DNA of 64,000 nt from Tubiluchus corallicola (taxonomy: Eukaryota > Animalia > Priapulida): NCBI GenBank assembly GCA_030141605.1, contig JAQGDQ010000296.1, positions 1 to 64,000 on the forward strand. Reading direction: 5' to 3'. Under the pieces are notes generated by a model. It was not told where the DNA came from. It saw only the letters and a list, made by a program, of their open reading frames with translations, and did no database searches. Of the stretch, positions 11,097-23,880 are shown in pieces. Numbering within the stretch: position 1 is the stretch's first letter; every line of letters begins with the position of its first letter. The translations under genes and the position numbers were made by a program.

Positions 11097-14000
11097 ATGA
11101 AAAATAAAACTGAAAATACCAAATATGAACCACCTGATGGTGGGTGGGGATGGGTTGTCGCCGTGGCAGCTAGCATCAATCTTGGACTCACATGGGGACT
11201 ACAGAAAAGTTACGGAATTTTCATGATCGACATAATGGATTTAGTAGGAACCAATGCAAAACTAACAGGTGGAGCAGGTGGTTTGTGCTCTGCTATGGGT
11301 GCAGTTTTAGGTAAGGAGTTTGCTAATTAATTAAGATTTTGCCATAGCAAAATCTTATTGTTTCTCATACAGTTTTATTGAGTTATTTATTTATTTATTT
11401 ATTATTCTTATTTACTCTCTGCCACTTTAATGCTTAATAACTAGTAGGTCTTGCAAGCCAGGGTCACCAAACTCACAGGGTTGGTAGCTCTGAGCTTGGA
11501 CGTACCACAACATAGCATATGCTGACCACTGGTCAAGGGGAAGGGCAGTGGGCAATGGTCAGTTTTTCCATTATGATTCAACTCCTCCTAGGGCTTTTGT
11601 TTTTTCTAAATTTTTTACTTCACAAGTATTTGTGTACTGTGGGGCAGGTGTGCACCTGGGGTTTTAAAAAGCTGATAAGCTTTAAATGCCTGCGTGAGGG
11701 GCCAAAATGCAATATTTGGGGTCCCCAATTGGTGACCTTTTACATGTTGAGGGCTAGGGACACAAAACTCACAGGATACACTCTCTGGTCAAAGTTATCT
11801 ATGTATACATGTGACTGGTGTTGCCGGGTCAAAGGTCATGGAGCAGGCAGGTCTTCATTTTTTTATGATCCATCTGCTTCCATAGTTTTTGAGCTCTAGG
11901 GCCACAATATTTGATGTGTTGCTAGGTGGGGTCGTGGCCTTGCACATCACAAAATATGGGACATGCACGTATGGGAAAATTTTCCGCTAGGGGGCAAAAA
12001 CCGAAAAATGGGGGTCGGGAACAGAAATGCATCGAGTGTCTATGCATAGTACCATGTAGCATATCAAATGAAAGGTGTCGACGAGGTGAGTCGAATGGCA
12101 TAGGTTACAATGAGAATAGTTAACCCGCCAGCCTGCTAGGGGGCAAAAACCGAAAAATGGGGGTCGGGAACAGAAATGCATCGAGTGTCTATAAATAGTA
12201 CCATGTAGCATATCAAATGAAAGGTCTCGATGAGGCGAGTCTAATGGCATAGGTCACAATGAGACTAGTTTATCCGCGAGCCTGCTAGGCGGCAAAAACC
12301 GAAAAATGGGGGTTGAGAACAGAAATGCATCGAGTGTTTATGAATAGGACACATAGCATATCAAATGAAAAGTCCCGATGAGGTGAATGGAATGGTATAG
12401 GTTACAGTGTAAATCATTAACCCGTGACCCAGTTGTAGGCAAAATAGGGGTCGAGGAGACAAATGCCTTCCAGGGTTTACCAAAAGCAGGTTGTTGTGTA
12501 TCAAATAAAAGGCCCCAATGAGACAAACTGAATGATATAAGTTATGCCAAGATTGTTGACCTTTGACCTGTAGCTGATGGGCCGAACAGTTAAATGCTGA
12601 GGTTTCATTGTGAAATGCACTTTCCATGTATTCAAGCAATTCAATAAAAGAAAATAAGCACTTTCAAAAAAGGAGGTTGTCTCTTCATTTCCAAGGCTGA
12701 ATTTTACAACTATTGTTTGCAAAATCTTCAGTTTCTAACCATGTCAGAAACATTGTCAACTAGTTATTATTATTTATTCTCTGCCACTTTAACGCATAAT
12801 TACTCGCAAGCCTTGCAAGCTAGGATCACCAAATTCATAGGGTTGGTAGCCCTGGGCGGGGCACGTACAATTGTATAGCAACCGCTGACCACTGGTCAAG
12901 GGGGAAGAGTTGTAGGCATTGGTCAGTCTTTCCTTTAGCTGGCAACTCCTCCTAGGGCTTTCGTTTTTTTTTCACAAGTATTTGGGTACTGTGGGGCAGG
13001 TGTGCACCTAGGGTTTTAAAAAGCTGACAAGCTTTAAACGCCTGAGTGAGGGGCCAAAATGCAAAATTTGGGGTCCCCCAAGTGACCTTCTACACGCCGA
13101 GTGGTCGGGTCTTCATTTATTTTTCTTTAGGATCCATCTGCTCCCATAGTTTTTGAGCCAGGGCAACAATATTTGGTATATGGTTAGGTGGGGCAAGTTG
13201 TTGGATATTGCAAAATATGGGTGACTTGGAGAGGGGAAAATATCCACTAGGAGGCAAAAACCAAAAAATGGGGGTTGGGAACACAAACGCATCAAGTGTC
13301 TTAGAATAGTACCACTTTCAAAAAAGGCTGTTGTCTCTTCATTTTTAAGGCTGAATTTTACAACTATTGTCTAATGCCAATTTTATGTTTCATTTGTAAA
13401 TTCATCATTTTCCATTAATTTAATAGTAAAGAAGAAACATTGATCTGAATAACTGGTCATGCTCGTATGTCAGAACTTTAGATAATGTTTTGCTCAAAAG
13501 ATCTTAAGCAACAAAATTAATGCCTATAATATGAATGAAATAATGCTTATTATGACATAACAGTCCAGCATATGGAAAACATGAAATAAATTGATTTTGT
13601 AAAAAATTGCAGGTTTGGATTTTTCTAAACGCAGGCAGCAAATATGAATACAAATCCACATAAAGCTGAATTGAGAAATCAAACTGTTTTTGTGATTTTT
13701 TTGCAAAAAAAAACAAAGATGGAAATGAAAATGTTTTAAAAATGTTTCAGGGATCTTTTGCAGCAATGCGTAATCAAAAAGATTATTTTCATTCTTAGGA
13801 CCTGTTGTTGCAGTGTTGATGAGGAAATTTGGAATAAGATGGGTGTGCATGGCAGGAGGCTTGCTGGGTGGAACAGGATTTGCTTGCGGATATTTTGCAT
13901 TTACATTGCCAATGATATACTTAAGTTACAGTATTATGTACGGTATGTAGAAGCGACACCTGAAATTTGTTATTTTCCAATGTTTACCAAAATTGAATTA

Positions 14001-15521
14001 AAAGACTCTACTCATATCTCAGTTTCTCTTCATAAATAACAGTATTATTATCAAATTCTCAAACAAGTTATGAGTAATTGTCTTTTTTCACAGGTGCTGC
14101 ATCATCACTCATTTCTATGTGTTCTTTTGGTGTGATAAATGTCTACTTTCGAAAGCGGCACGGATTGGCACAAGGGATAACCATGGCAGGCGTAGGAATT
14201 TCAGCAGTTGTCAGTTCTCAGGTTATCAATGTTCTTGTAGATGTATATACATATCGTGGTGCATTTCTCATAACAGGCGCTATAGTCTTACATTCAATAC
14301 CTTGTGCTTTGACGTTCATGCCCTTGATGAAAGTCAGTTCAAAGAAAACGAAAACAATACGTAGAACTGAATCATTTGACAAAAAAGGTAAGCAATCTAA
14401 AGATACCAGTCTGGCTGTTATGGGAAGCTCCAACGTGGACCAGTGGAAAGAAATACAAAAAGGGGTATTAGATGTGGAACACTCATCGTCACACAGTCAT
14501 GAGAAAAGCCACTTTCACTGGAAAATATTCAAAGATGTCCGGTTTTGGTTCTTTGCTCTCAGTATGTGTCTCATGGACATTAGCTATCTGAATGCAACCG
14601 TTTACCTGCCATTTAAGTCAGTAGAACTAAAACCTGACGGAGTGAATGAAGCCACAATGGTCTCAATTTTTAGCATAATGGATGCAGTTGGTCAAATAAC
14701 ATTTGGTCTACTATGGGATTGTGGAAGATTTCGGCACATATATGAACGAATGATAGGATACATACTGATTTCAATAACAGCAGGTTGTGCTACTATAACC
14801 TTTTCTGCAATACACAACTACAATGTGTTGTATTTGTGGGTTGGTATTGCAGGATTATTGTTTGGTGCAACACTATCTCCATGTTTCATTATGATAAAGA
14901 ACATGGTTGGAGAAGAAAAGTACACTGACTTCCTATCAGCAGATCTCCTAATGCAGACACCGGGTCTCTTTCTTGGACCAGTTTTCATAGGTATGTCGCT
15001 ATAATAACTGCACAGATCACATAAAATATAAATATACGGAATTGCTAATTTACCGAAGACGGAAATTTTAATAGGGAAATTTGTAAAATACATTGAAAAA
15101 TTTTATTAATTAACAACTAATAGAATCAATGTTTATTATTTTGCATTTTTTTCTCCAATCTTCATTTGCCTGACATGAATTTTATTTGCTGTTATCATAA
15201 TGTAAAACTGAAACATTATTACAGCGATGACAAATTGCAACAGCTATTATCATACTGTTATGAATTAAGATTTGTTAATTTCTATTTGCAGGTTTTATCT
15301 ACGACAATTTGGAAAATACGGGGCCAGTATTTACCACGCTGGGACTTTTTCTGATTGTATCAGGAATCATTGCTATTGCTTTGCCTGTTATTACCAAAAT
15401 TTGGTATGACATAGACAACATAGGCATACCAAAAAAAGAGGAAGTTAAAGCACTTGAACATTCTGATAGTGGTATCCATGATGAAGATCATCTTTATGAT
15501 AATAAAATTACAAAGTTTTAG
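11097..15521 (+). CDS. SLC16/monocarboxylate-transporter-family MFS protein, ~494 aa, 4 exons (11097-11310, 13799-13942, 14094-14990, 15292-15521)
   Basis: N-terminal PPDGGWGWVV family signature, YFRKRHGLAQGI loop motif, many hydrophobic helices, polar central loop, GPVFIGFIYD; all three introns are GT-AG and phase 1. Confidence 0.92.
11328..13372 (+). mobile_element. Two tandem copies of a Helentron-associated (HINE/DINE-like) non-autonomous element in SLC16 intron 1
   Basis: 5' hairpin aagattttgc-cata-gcaaaatctt, then a (TTAT)n microsatellite, a core and internal tandem repeats. The 3' end repeats gcaaaatctt, then hairpin gtttct...agaaac and ctagtt (~12719-12765). A second, internally deleted copy of the same core follows at ~12765-13372. 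Confidence 0.7.
11986..12430 (+). repeat. 149-bp tandem repeat, 3 copies, followed by a degenerate fourth
   Basis: gctagg(g/c)ggcaaaaaccgaaaaatggggg... starts at 11986, 12135 and 12284. Confidence 0.95.
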
Positions 15522-16892
15522 AATTTTAGAAATTTTACAATGGATTGTTGATCAGATGACTAAAAATGACTAGAATGACTAGTATGAATAAAACTAAGGT
15601 TAAATTGTTATCAGAGCAGAACGTGGCGTTGCAGCATGTGTGTGCCTGCCTAGTCACCCAGGTGGTCACATTTTTTTAGATTTTCTGAAACATGCAAAAA
15701 GGATGTGAAAAAAACATTAAAAAAGCAATTGCATGCTCAATTGAGAAGTATTTGTAGCTTGGAATGCTTTCTAATTTTGTTTATTCAGTTTCAAATAGTT
15801 TCAAGCAAAATTTCCTCAACAGCTTCATAAATTTAGACATTCTGAATTATTGGCAATATTCAGCAAATGCAATTTGAAAGAAATGCTTATAAAGTTATAC
15901 TATGATGATTTCTGATAATCATTATATTGTTCAATTATGATTACACAACGATGATAACAACAAATTATGTAGTCACAAGTTATGTGCATAATTTCAGATA
16001 GCTGAGTGTATGTATACATGAACTATTATGATATTCCTATGTTTAGGCAAAAATTCAGTATATCAATTAGATTTCGAAAGCATGTTAAACATGCCCTTAC
16101 AGGATATACGTAATGTACAAAAATTTAGGCATTTATTGAAATAAGAAGCTGTAACCAAAAGGCTAAAGGCAGAAAAGCTGCTATGTCTTCCCTCTCCAAA
16201 GGTAGCACATTTATCAATGTAACAGTAAGTGACTAGTACACATACATGATTTCTGTATAAAAAATCACAAGGTCTAAAATGTAAATAACCACAATATATG
16301 CACAAAAATTACATAAACTGAAGAGAAATCCATAACAATAAGAATAACTGGGCCAGCTCTCCTTTTCACGACATTGGAAACATGGTCTGTATGCCCCACA
16401 GCTATCATGAAACTCATTTCAGAATTCTAAACATTTACTCAAAAGCTACAAGCACTGCCGGCATGTCTGTCACAGTTGACCAATTACTGTTTATGGCAAC
16501 TGCCAAATAAAACAAGCATTACAATATATGTGTCACCACACCTTGAAATAATTTTCAAACAGTGTGGTGAATGTTGAAAATACTGTGATTAAAGCTTAGT
16601 GCAGGTTTGTGCAGCGATTTGTATATAACAGGCAAAAGTAAACAAAACTGGCAGAGAGTAGCAAATCTCTTGTGCTCAACTAGCATAAACAGTGAATTAC
16701 ATCTAATCATTATGTGTACGTGTGCTAAGGGACTAAAGCAGTAACAAGTACAATTGCTTAAATCCACTGATAACAGACAAAAAATGAAAATAACGACTTT
16801 GAATAACGAAAATGTTATAAAATGTAGCTGTACATAATTATATTACACTGGACTATTAAATAATGGTCGTAATGCTGTTAAACTGAACTATA

Positions 16893-18046
16893 ATGTGTTA
16901 TCTAAACTACGCTCTCGTTATAACATACATTGTGTGCTTTGTGACATACACAGAAAGTTGTGGCTGGTGCTCAACTTGCCCGGGAGCAAGACGAACTCAC
17001 AGAGGATTCAATCAGAGGACTAATCAATTCACAGGGGGGTTTGGAGCTCCAAGAATAGATGTCATCCCTGTTGACCCCTCAGTTATTGGAGGAACACCAG
17101 AAACTGACACTTGCCGTTATGATCCACTAGGATTTTTTGGTAGTCAGTCAAGGCGTGTCCAAGAACAACTCAAGATATTCTTATCATTTGATTTAAATCG
17201 CAATGGAGCTGTTACTATAAATGAACTGAGTCAAGCCTTTAAGTTTATGCTGGGACCTGAAATATATAGTGTTACATTGGATAAATGTGGTTTAGTAGAA
17301 GTTATGAGAGAAACTGACCAAAATGGTATGTTTCTTTTTACTATTTTCTTAGAAGCACTAAATTTATTTATGCTAAAAGAAAACTTGGCCTTTAACCTCT
17401 TAAAGACAAACACACCACTGATATTACATTACGTTTTTTTACTTCACTGAACAATCTTAGTGACAAAGATTTGAGTTTAGTTCCTGTAAAATATGAAATA
17501 TTACCTTAACAAACTACACGCAAAAATGCAAGAAAATATTAAAAAACAATTTATATATTAGGAGATGGCACCATCACATGTGATGAGTTCAAATCAGCAA
17601 GATTTTGGGCACCAAGTCAGAAGCGTTTGTGCTTTCCTGGAGAGCGAACAGATGATGTACGTCGCAGCCAGCTGCCATTCCGTGGCAACGCTGGCAACAT
17701 AAATACAAATACCCGAAGACGACAACGACGACGACGAAGAGAACAGTTATTACGAAATGCCACTAAAAGACCTCCACTGACAAACAACAGGAGAAGCAAC
17801 GTTCGAGAAATTCAACTGGAAATGGAAAAATTTTATCAAAACACCCAAAATGTTAAAGATGCTATAATACCTCAATACGGACGGAATAGAGTAAATACAT
17901 ATCAGAGAGAAACTCAACAACCACTGAGAAACCTTAACCCTCAAAGTAACTATGGACCAAATTCTGTTCCACTGGACTTGAGAAGAGTAATTCAAACTTC
18001 TCCAGGACAAGGTCAAAACTTTTTTTACAGATTACTGCAAAATTGA
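16893..18046 (+). CDS. Predicted secreted protein with two EF-hands and an Arg/Asn/Gln-rich tail, ~305 aa, 2 exons (16893-17325, 17562-18046)
   Basis: Signal-peptide-like MCYLNYALVITYIVCFVTYTES. EF loops DLNRNGAVTINEL and DQNG|DGTITCDEF; the second is completed across a phase-1 GT-AG intron. TATAAAA at ~16817 and AATAAA at ~18064. Confidence 0.82.
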
Positions 18047-19154
18047 TCTAATAACAAACATTCAATAAAGTTAGTGACTATCATTTTTTCTCCAAAATTG
18101 CACTCCACAAGCTAACACAAATTGTAAATAAAATACTAACAACAAAGTGAACCCTGTAAAACAGTAAGACAAATTTAACACTTTCACAGACTTTTGTATT
18201 CAAAAGAGCTATGCCTCATTTGCTGTTCGATATTAATCACTAAACATTCATTAATATGACAGAACTTGTATATTTATAAGGTATGCCATATAAGGTAGGA
18301 AATAAACAATTTGTTTCAGATTCCCCATTTTTGAATAGCTTACTACTTTTATCAGTTTACAATTCGAATAGGGGCAAACAGAAAAAAAATCAGGCAGCAC
18401 TTGGTATAATAGTTCCGAAACCTTGCTTACTGAATTGTGTAATAGGCACCCCAGTAAAAATTTCTCTCACCCCTTCACCCACACACTGGAAAATTTCACA
18501 TTTTTGCTATTGCTACTAAAGATGTTGGTTAAATTGTCTGATGCCGACACCATGGTTGTCAGATTCTTTCACATTTTTCAATTCAGATATTCATTACTTT
18601 TCTAAAGTTTAGTACAGAAATATATTTTTAGCAACACCTACTTAATGGAAATTATATTAATACTTTTAACTGAAAATTAAATTTATTCGTGAATTGCAAA
18701 TGAGAACTCTATATTTACTTAAATGTATAAAAACTCACAAATAATAAAATTAATTGCTGGCATTGCTGCAACAATCTGCGTGTTGCAATTTTGTTGCTAC
18801 TAGTGTATAATATGCATTTTTATTAATCTGAGTTTTGTTTAGAATTTGCACCTGTTGCTGTAATAAGGAAAGTAATGATGATGATGATGACTGATAATGA
18901 CAATGTTGTTCAGCAATGCATGAAACCAGTTAAAAAGTGAGTTAGTTTAATCTTTCTCTTTTTTAACACAGTAAGTCACTGTCAGAAATAAAACTTAAGG
19001 TGTTGTCTTTAAAATTAAAATTTGAGGCAATCTAAACTGTACACTGCAAAATTTTGAGTATCAGTAGATATTTTGGGAAATTACGTGAAATAAAGCTGAA
19101 ATTAAAAAACTACATTGTAGAAGTTATCTGTGTTTTTCTCAAGTTTAGCTTCAA

Positions 19155-19562
19155 CAGGGTTCCTACAGAATTTTAAAATAAATTTCCCTGACAATTTCCA
19201 TGAGTTTCCCCTGACCAAATATTGATTTCCCATATATATATATATTCAAACATTTTTGTGTATGGATATTCATACATATACTGAAATATAATGTGTCCCC
19301 AATCATTATTTTTGGAACACAAATCAAAACTGGGAGCCCGCCATAGCAAAATTTTATTTGAACAAGAATCGTTGAAAAATATGTTTGGAAAAATATCGGT
19401 TCACCTTGATTATTTTTGCAGCCCTTTCTAATTTCCCTGACTTTCTGCCCTATTTTCATAATTTTTCCTGACTTTTTACCAAATCATCTTTTTCCCTGAC
19501 TTTTCATGACTTTCCAGGATAGCCTGTATTTTCCAGAATCTCCACAGACCATGTGAACCCTG
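19155..19562. mobile_element. hAT-like MITE with CAGGGTTC terminal inverted repeats and a 5-bp target-site duplication
   Basis: ttcaa|cagggttc ... gaaccctg|ttcaa, with repeated subterminal tttccctgac motifs at both ends. Confidence 0.85.
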
Positions 19563-20098
19563 TTCAACGTGCAGCATTTATTTCACAACTTTGTTTCTAT
19601 TTGCAGCTATGGTGGCTTAACAAGGTCCCTTTTACAGCTACCAGTGCAGCAATCTTCAACACTTGAATATAGTATGTTTAGGAAGTCAAAAATAACTTAA
19701 TTTTTTGTTGTTTTTTCAATTAATAAAAACATTGTACAATTTCATCATCTTTTTCTTAACTACTTACAAAAATTATTATTTATTATATTAAATACTTATA
19801 CTAAAACTGCACTGCTGTGTAGTTTTATACAAATGAAAGATTAACAATAATAATCATAATAATAACAACAAATGACAAGTGAGTTTGAACGAAATCAAAA
19901 TGGCAACCAAATTTTAGGTATCAGACCAGCCAACCATGTGATACAAAAATGAGTGTGAAACGTAGAAGGCCCAAGGATCATGTCGCCTTGAGTAAGTGTC
20001 TAGGACACAAATTATGCTCTAGGAATTTCGGCTTTTTTTGGACATCAAAATCAAATTATCCAAAAATTAAGTAACAAAAATTAAGGTAATTTTTGGTA

Positions 20099-21952
20099 CA
20101 GTAAGTCCTTGCTTAACGACTGTTCCATTTAGTGATATTTTGTTTTAGAGACCCTGAACATTTAATACCACTTTTTCACTTAACTATGCATGTTTGATTT
20201 CAATGACAATTTTTTTACTTTGCTCCAGGACATTTTTTAGTTTATTATCAACTTTTTACCTAATTTGAAGCATTAAATTGCATTATTCTGTCCTAAAAAG
20301 CACTAGTATTGTAAAACAATACAATTATATTTATTATGATTTTTCTTCCCGAATGACCAATAAATGCTAGTCACTTATAAGTGAGATCTATTTGCAATTT
20401 ATATGCCTCCAGATACCTGAGTTCAAACATTGTATGAAGGAATTTTGCCTGCAAGCTACTGCTATAGAGACAAGACTGAATGCATAGATTCCAGAACATT
20501 AATCAACTAGCGGGGGGGGGGGGTGTCTACCTCACAATGGCCAATCAGTTGTGCAACAGGTTTTCCATTGCTTGGACTTACTATCAAGCTCAGCCGCATT
20601 TGCACATGAAACACATAACAATACACAGGTAAAGTGCGTGCACATGATTATTTTTACTTATTAAATTCATTAAACAGCATAGAAAGAGTGCATAGAATGG
20701 TGAAGCATTGTGCTTGGGGTACATGTAATGTGTATGTTCGGTACCCAGAAAGGTTAGAAGTATGACTTATTAGTTTTGCCAATCCAAAAAAAAACACTTA
20801 GACAGTAGACATGTATCACTGATGGATCGAAGCATGCAGGAGCCACATGAACAGCTTAGCCCATTTAAAATTAATAAAAATCCTGCTGTCTGCTCAAGGT
20901 TTCCTATACATGTAGAACTGCGGGGGTGCTATATCGATACCTAATATACCGGAATAAGATATTTCAGATGCTGTGCAGCATAACATAAGATTTCGTTTGT
21001 TGAACATGACTGTATGAATGAACACTAGTCTGTACGTTTTGTCATTATTAATAGTCACAAAGTTTAGCCTGGCTAACTTGAATTTTATTTAATTTATTCA
21101 GTTTTCGTGTTTACATTGCAGGAAATTAAACCACTACATGCAATTACCGAAAATAACTGTTATTAGACGGTAATAAATAATCTACTCAAACAATATACCC
21201 TATTCAAACAAATTTCAAGTGTTATAGATATCCCACAAAAATAATTATCAAAATAACTTGGGAAATGAAAGATATATTATTTATAAGATGTTTACTAGTT
21301 GACATTTTAAACAATGAATTCTTTTTTCTACTGATAATAAACTAAACTGCTATACGCCAGTACTAAAAAATACCAGTAGGCCCACCACATAATATATTAA
21401 TTATTAACTTATTAATAACAGCAATATTAGTAATAATATAATAATAAATAATGCTACCTAAACAATCTAGCCAATTGAAACAAATTTCAAATGCTACTAA
21501 TATTTCAAAAAATAAGTTACTGAAGCAAAGAAATAATGAATATAATAAAAGATGCATTATTTACAGCCTGTTGTCTTTCTGCTATTTTTAAAACTTTGGT
21601 CTTTTCTACTGATTTTTAAAGTAGAGACTTGAGCAGATGACAACACGGGAGCTATGCATGTTTGCGGGCCGCTTGCGATCTATGTATATTTAGATGAAGC
21701 TATCCCAAGCTAATACTGGTAAAAAAACATAGGTGATTTCAAGCAAACAGAAAGAAATTAATCAGTAGAAATATGAATAAAACTCCTAAGACGTTTACTT
21801 TATATGATTTAAGCAGCATAGATTTTTGCCTCTGGAACTATTTCAATTCCTTTAAGTTACTTTCTATGGAAGTCTTGGCTTCAGTTCATGGTTTTTCGTT
21901 TAATGTCCTATTTTGCTGGAATGCATCATGGTCATTAAGTGAGGACTTACTG
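20099..21952. mobile_element. Tc1/mariner-pogo-type non-autonomous element (TA target duplication) with nested insertions
   Basis: ta|cagtaagtccttgcttaacgac ... gtcattaagtgaggacttactg|ta are matching inverted termini. Confidence 0.75.
20697..20900 (+). pseudogene. Frameshifted THAP-domain remnant, probably transposon-derived
   Basis: MVKHCAWGTCNVYVRYPERLE...ISFANPKK...WIEAC...PHEQLSPFKINKNPAVCS resembles the THAP C-x4-C...F-P...W...VCS pattern; indels and stops are present. Confidence 0.65.
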
Positions 21953-22004
21953 TACTACAGAGCATTCTTATGCTGCTGTTATAGTTCACTGTGCTTTATA
22001 TATC

Positions 22005-22102
22005 AACATGTCCCTTTGTACACATGATAAGTTAAATAGCACAAAAGTGCTTAAACAAGTCCCTTTCTACACACGATAAGTTCAATAGCACAAAAGTGCT
22101 TA
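22005..22102 (+). repeat. 49-bp tandem duplication
   Basis: aaca(t/a)gtcccttt(g/c)tacaca(t/c)gataagtt(a/c)aatagcacaaaagtgctta occurs twice. Confidence 0.9.
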
Positions 22103-23564
22103 ATTTTCAATAACTGTGGCAACTGCAATATCATTTAGTGCAATATATTATATACATCACGAGACTCGTGAATAGTACTGTATTCTTGAGAGCCGCTATA
22201 CTAATTTTGGTGTGTGGTTGGTACTGATGGCAAAGGAAGTCAGGTTATTTGCAAACTTGCATGTGAAATTGCAGAATACTTGAGCACTGAAATTTGATGC
22301 ATGTGCACATGTGAAACTGAAAGAATTAAAATGTGTGTGACACATGCCTAATGGGTGTTAGTTAACAAATCTGCATATTATGAGCAATATCTTGACTTAA
22401 TTGCATTAACTCTTTGCACATTCAAAAAAGCAGAAAAGTTTCCGATGTGTCCAAAATGAAGGGAGTTCAAAAAGTTAAAAAAAAGACTTAAAAAAGTGCT
22501 GCTCAAAAAGCATTTCTACTGCCAGATTTGTTATTAAAATATGCATATAACATGTTGCAATGCAAAAAAGCATCAAAGGCCAGGTCTCAGCCTTGGATAT
22601 CTTTGGGGGCTCTCAGACCTATAGCACAGGTGAATTTTTGTGTAATATTCGCAATCTGCCAGTTTGGAACTATTTGTGTCGTTTCTACCCCAACATTATC
22701 TGTGCCAATTCTACAGTTGTTTTCCGCCAACGTCTTACAAACACAAAATCTTCAGCGCTTTTTGAATGACATAAGTCTACTGCAGTAATACTGCTTTCTT
22801 CTTCCCTGAGGATCAGAGTACTGGTTGCCAACAAAGCTTTAGTTTTGATGTGAACAAAGATCCTGAAGACAACATAAGTAACTTAGTAAGTAAGTAGGTT
22901 GAGAGTACTATAAATAGTATAAGTACCGAGAGTAAGATAATACTTAATATGAATTTTAATTCCAATTTACCTTGACACTAATTAACGGAATAGCACTGGT
23001 TATTGAAGTATTTGATTTCTGAAAATGTTTCCAAATTGTTCTATCTATAAATCTATTATGTATAAGTCTTTTTCAGTTTTTCACAAAATTAAAGAGGACT
23101 TTTTACTCAGCATGTTTCCCAAAATTACAATCTTCGTAGAATCATCAATAATATGTGCGCCATCTATTGGGCGCTTATCAAGTAAATTAAGCATTTTTTG
23201 TTTCATTCCCACGCCAACATCCGAAACCTGGGTGACGCCGTTGCAGTTAAGTAAAATAAAAACGGGTACAGCAAAATTTGCATAGGATAGGTCTAGGCAA
23301 AAGCCGAAAAAGCCAATTAAAGTCACAAGGGCGAAATAACTTACGCTTGCAAATCACAAGGGGTGAAGTTATAAAGGTCATTAGTTCAAAAGAAAAATCA
23401 AAATAAAAATTTGCCCCTGGTGAATCAAGGGCCTGCACCTCTTTTGAGTGCCCTCATTCTAGATATTAGGTCTGTTAGTACTACATGTATTGTTATAATG
23501 CTAGCCATTTAAAGACCAACAAAACGTTAGTGGTGTGCATCGAATGGGACTTCATTAATGTCGT

Positions 23565-23880
23565 CGGCATCATTGTCATTGTTACCCCTTATTATCATTA
23601 TTACGTCATCACCATCCCTAATATCACATTTATCGACACTTATTATCATTATTGTCATTATCATCTACAACAGTAATGATGATAGCGATGATGAATGTAA
23701 CGTCAACAATAACAGGAGCAGCAGCATCTAACAGCAACAAGAGCAGTGGAACTGACACTACCACTGCCACAACAACAACAGCAGCACCAACAACAGTAAT
23801 TACCAGTGGCCACCACTCAGACACTAAAATAGTCATGATCACCCACAACAATACCAACATAACTAAGTTAATAGCATCAT
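23565..23880. repeat. Degenerate trinucleotide low-complexity tract (CAT/TAT, then CAA/CAG)
   Basis: Runs such as catcattgtcatt, tatcatcattat and acaacaacaacagcagcaccaacaacag; these explain the overlapping spurious ORFs here. Confidence 0.8.

Noticed and set aside
11519-13295. Several 60-126 aa ORFs, and a possible CRISPR-like array
   Set aside because: All lie inside the Helentron-like repeat. The 149-bp units are similar along their whole length with no unique spacers, and the context is eukaryotic.
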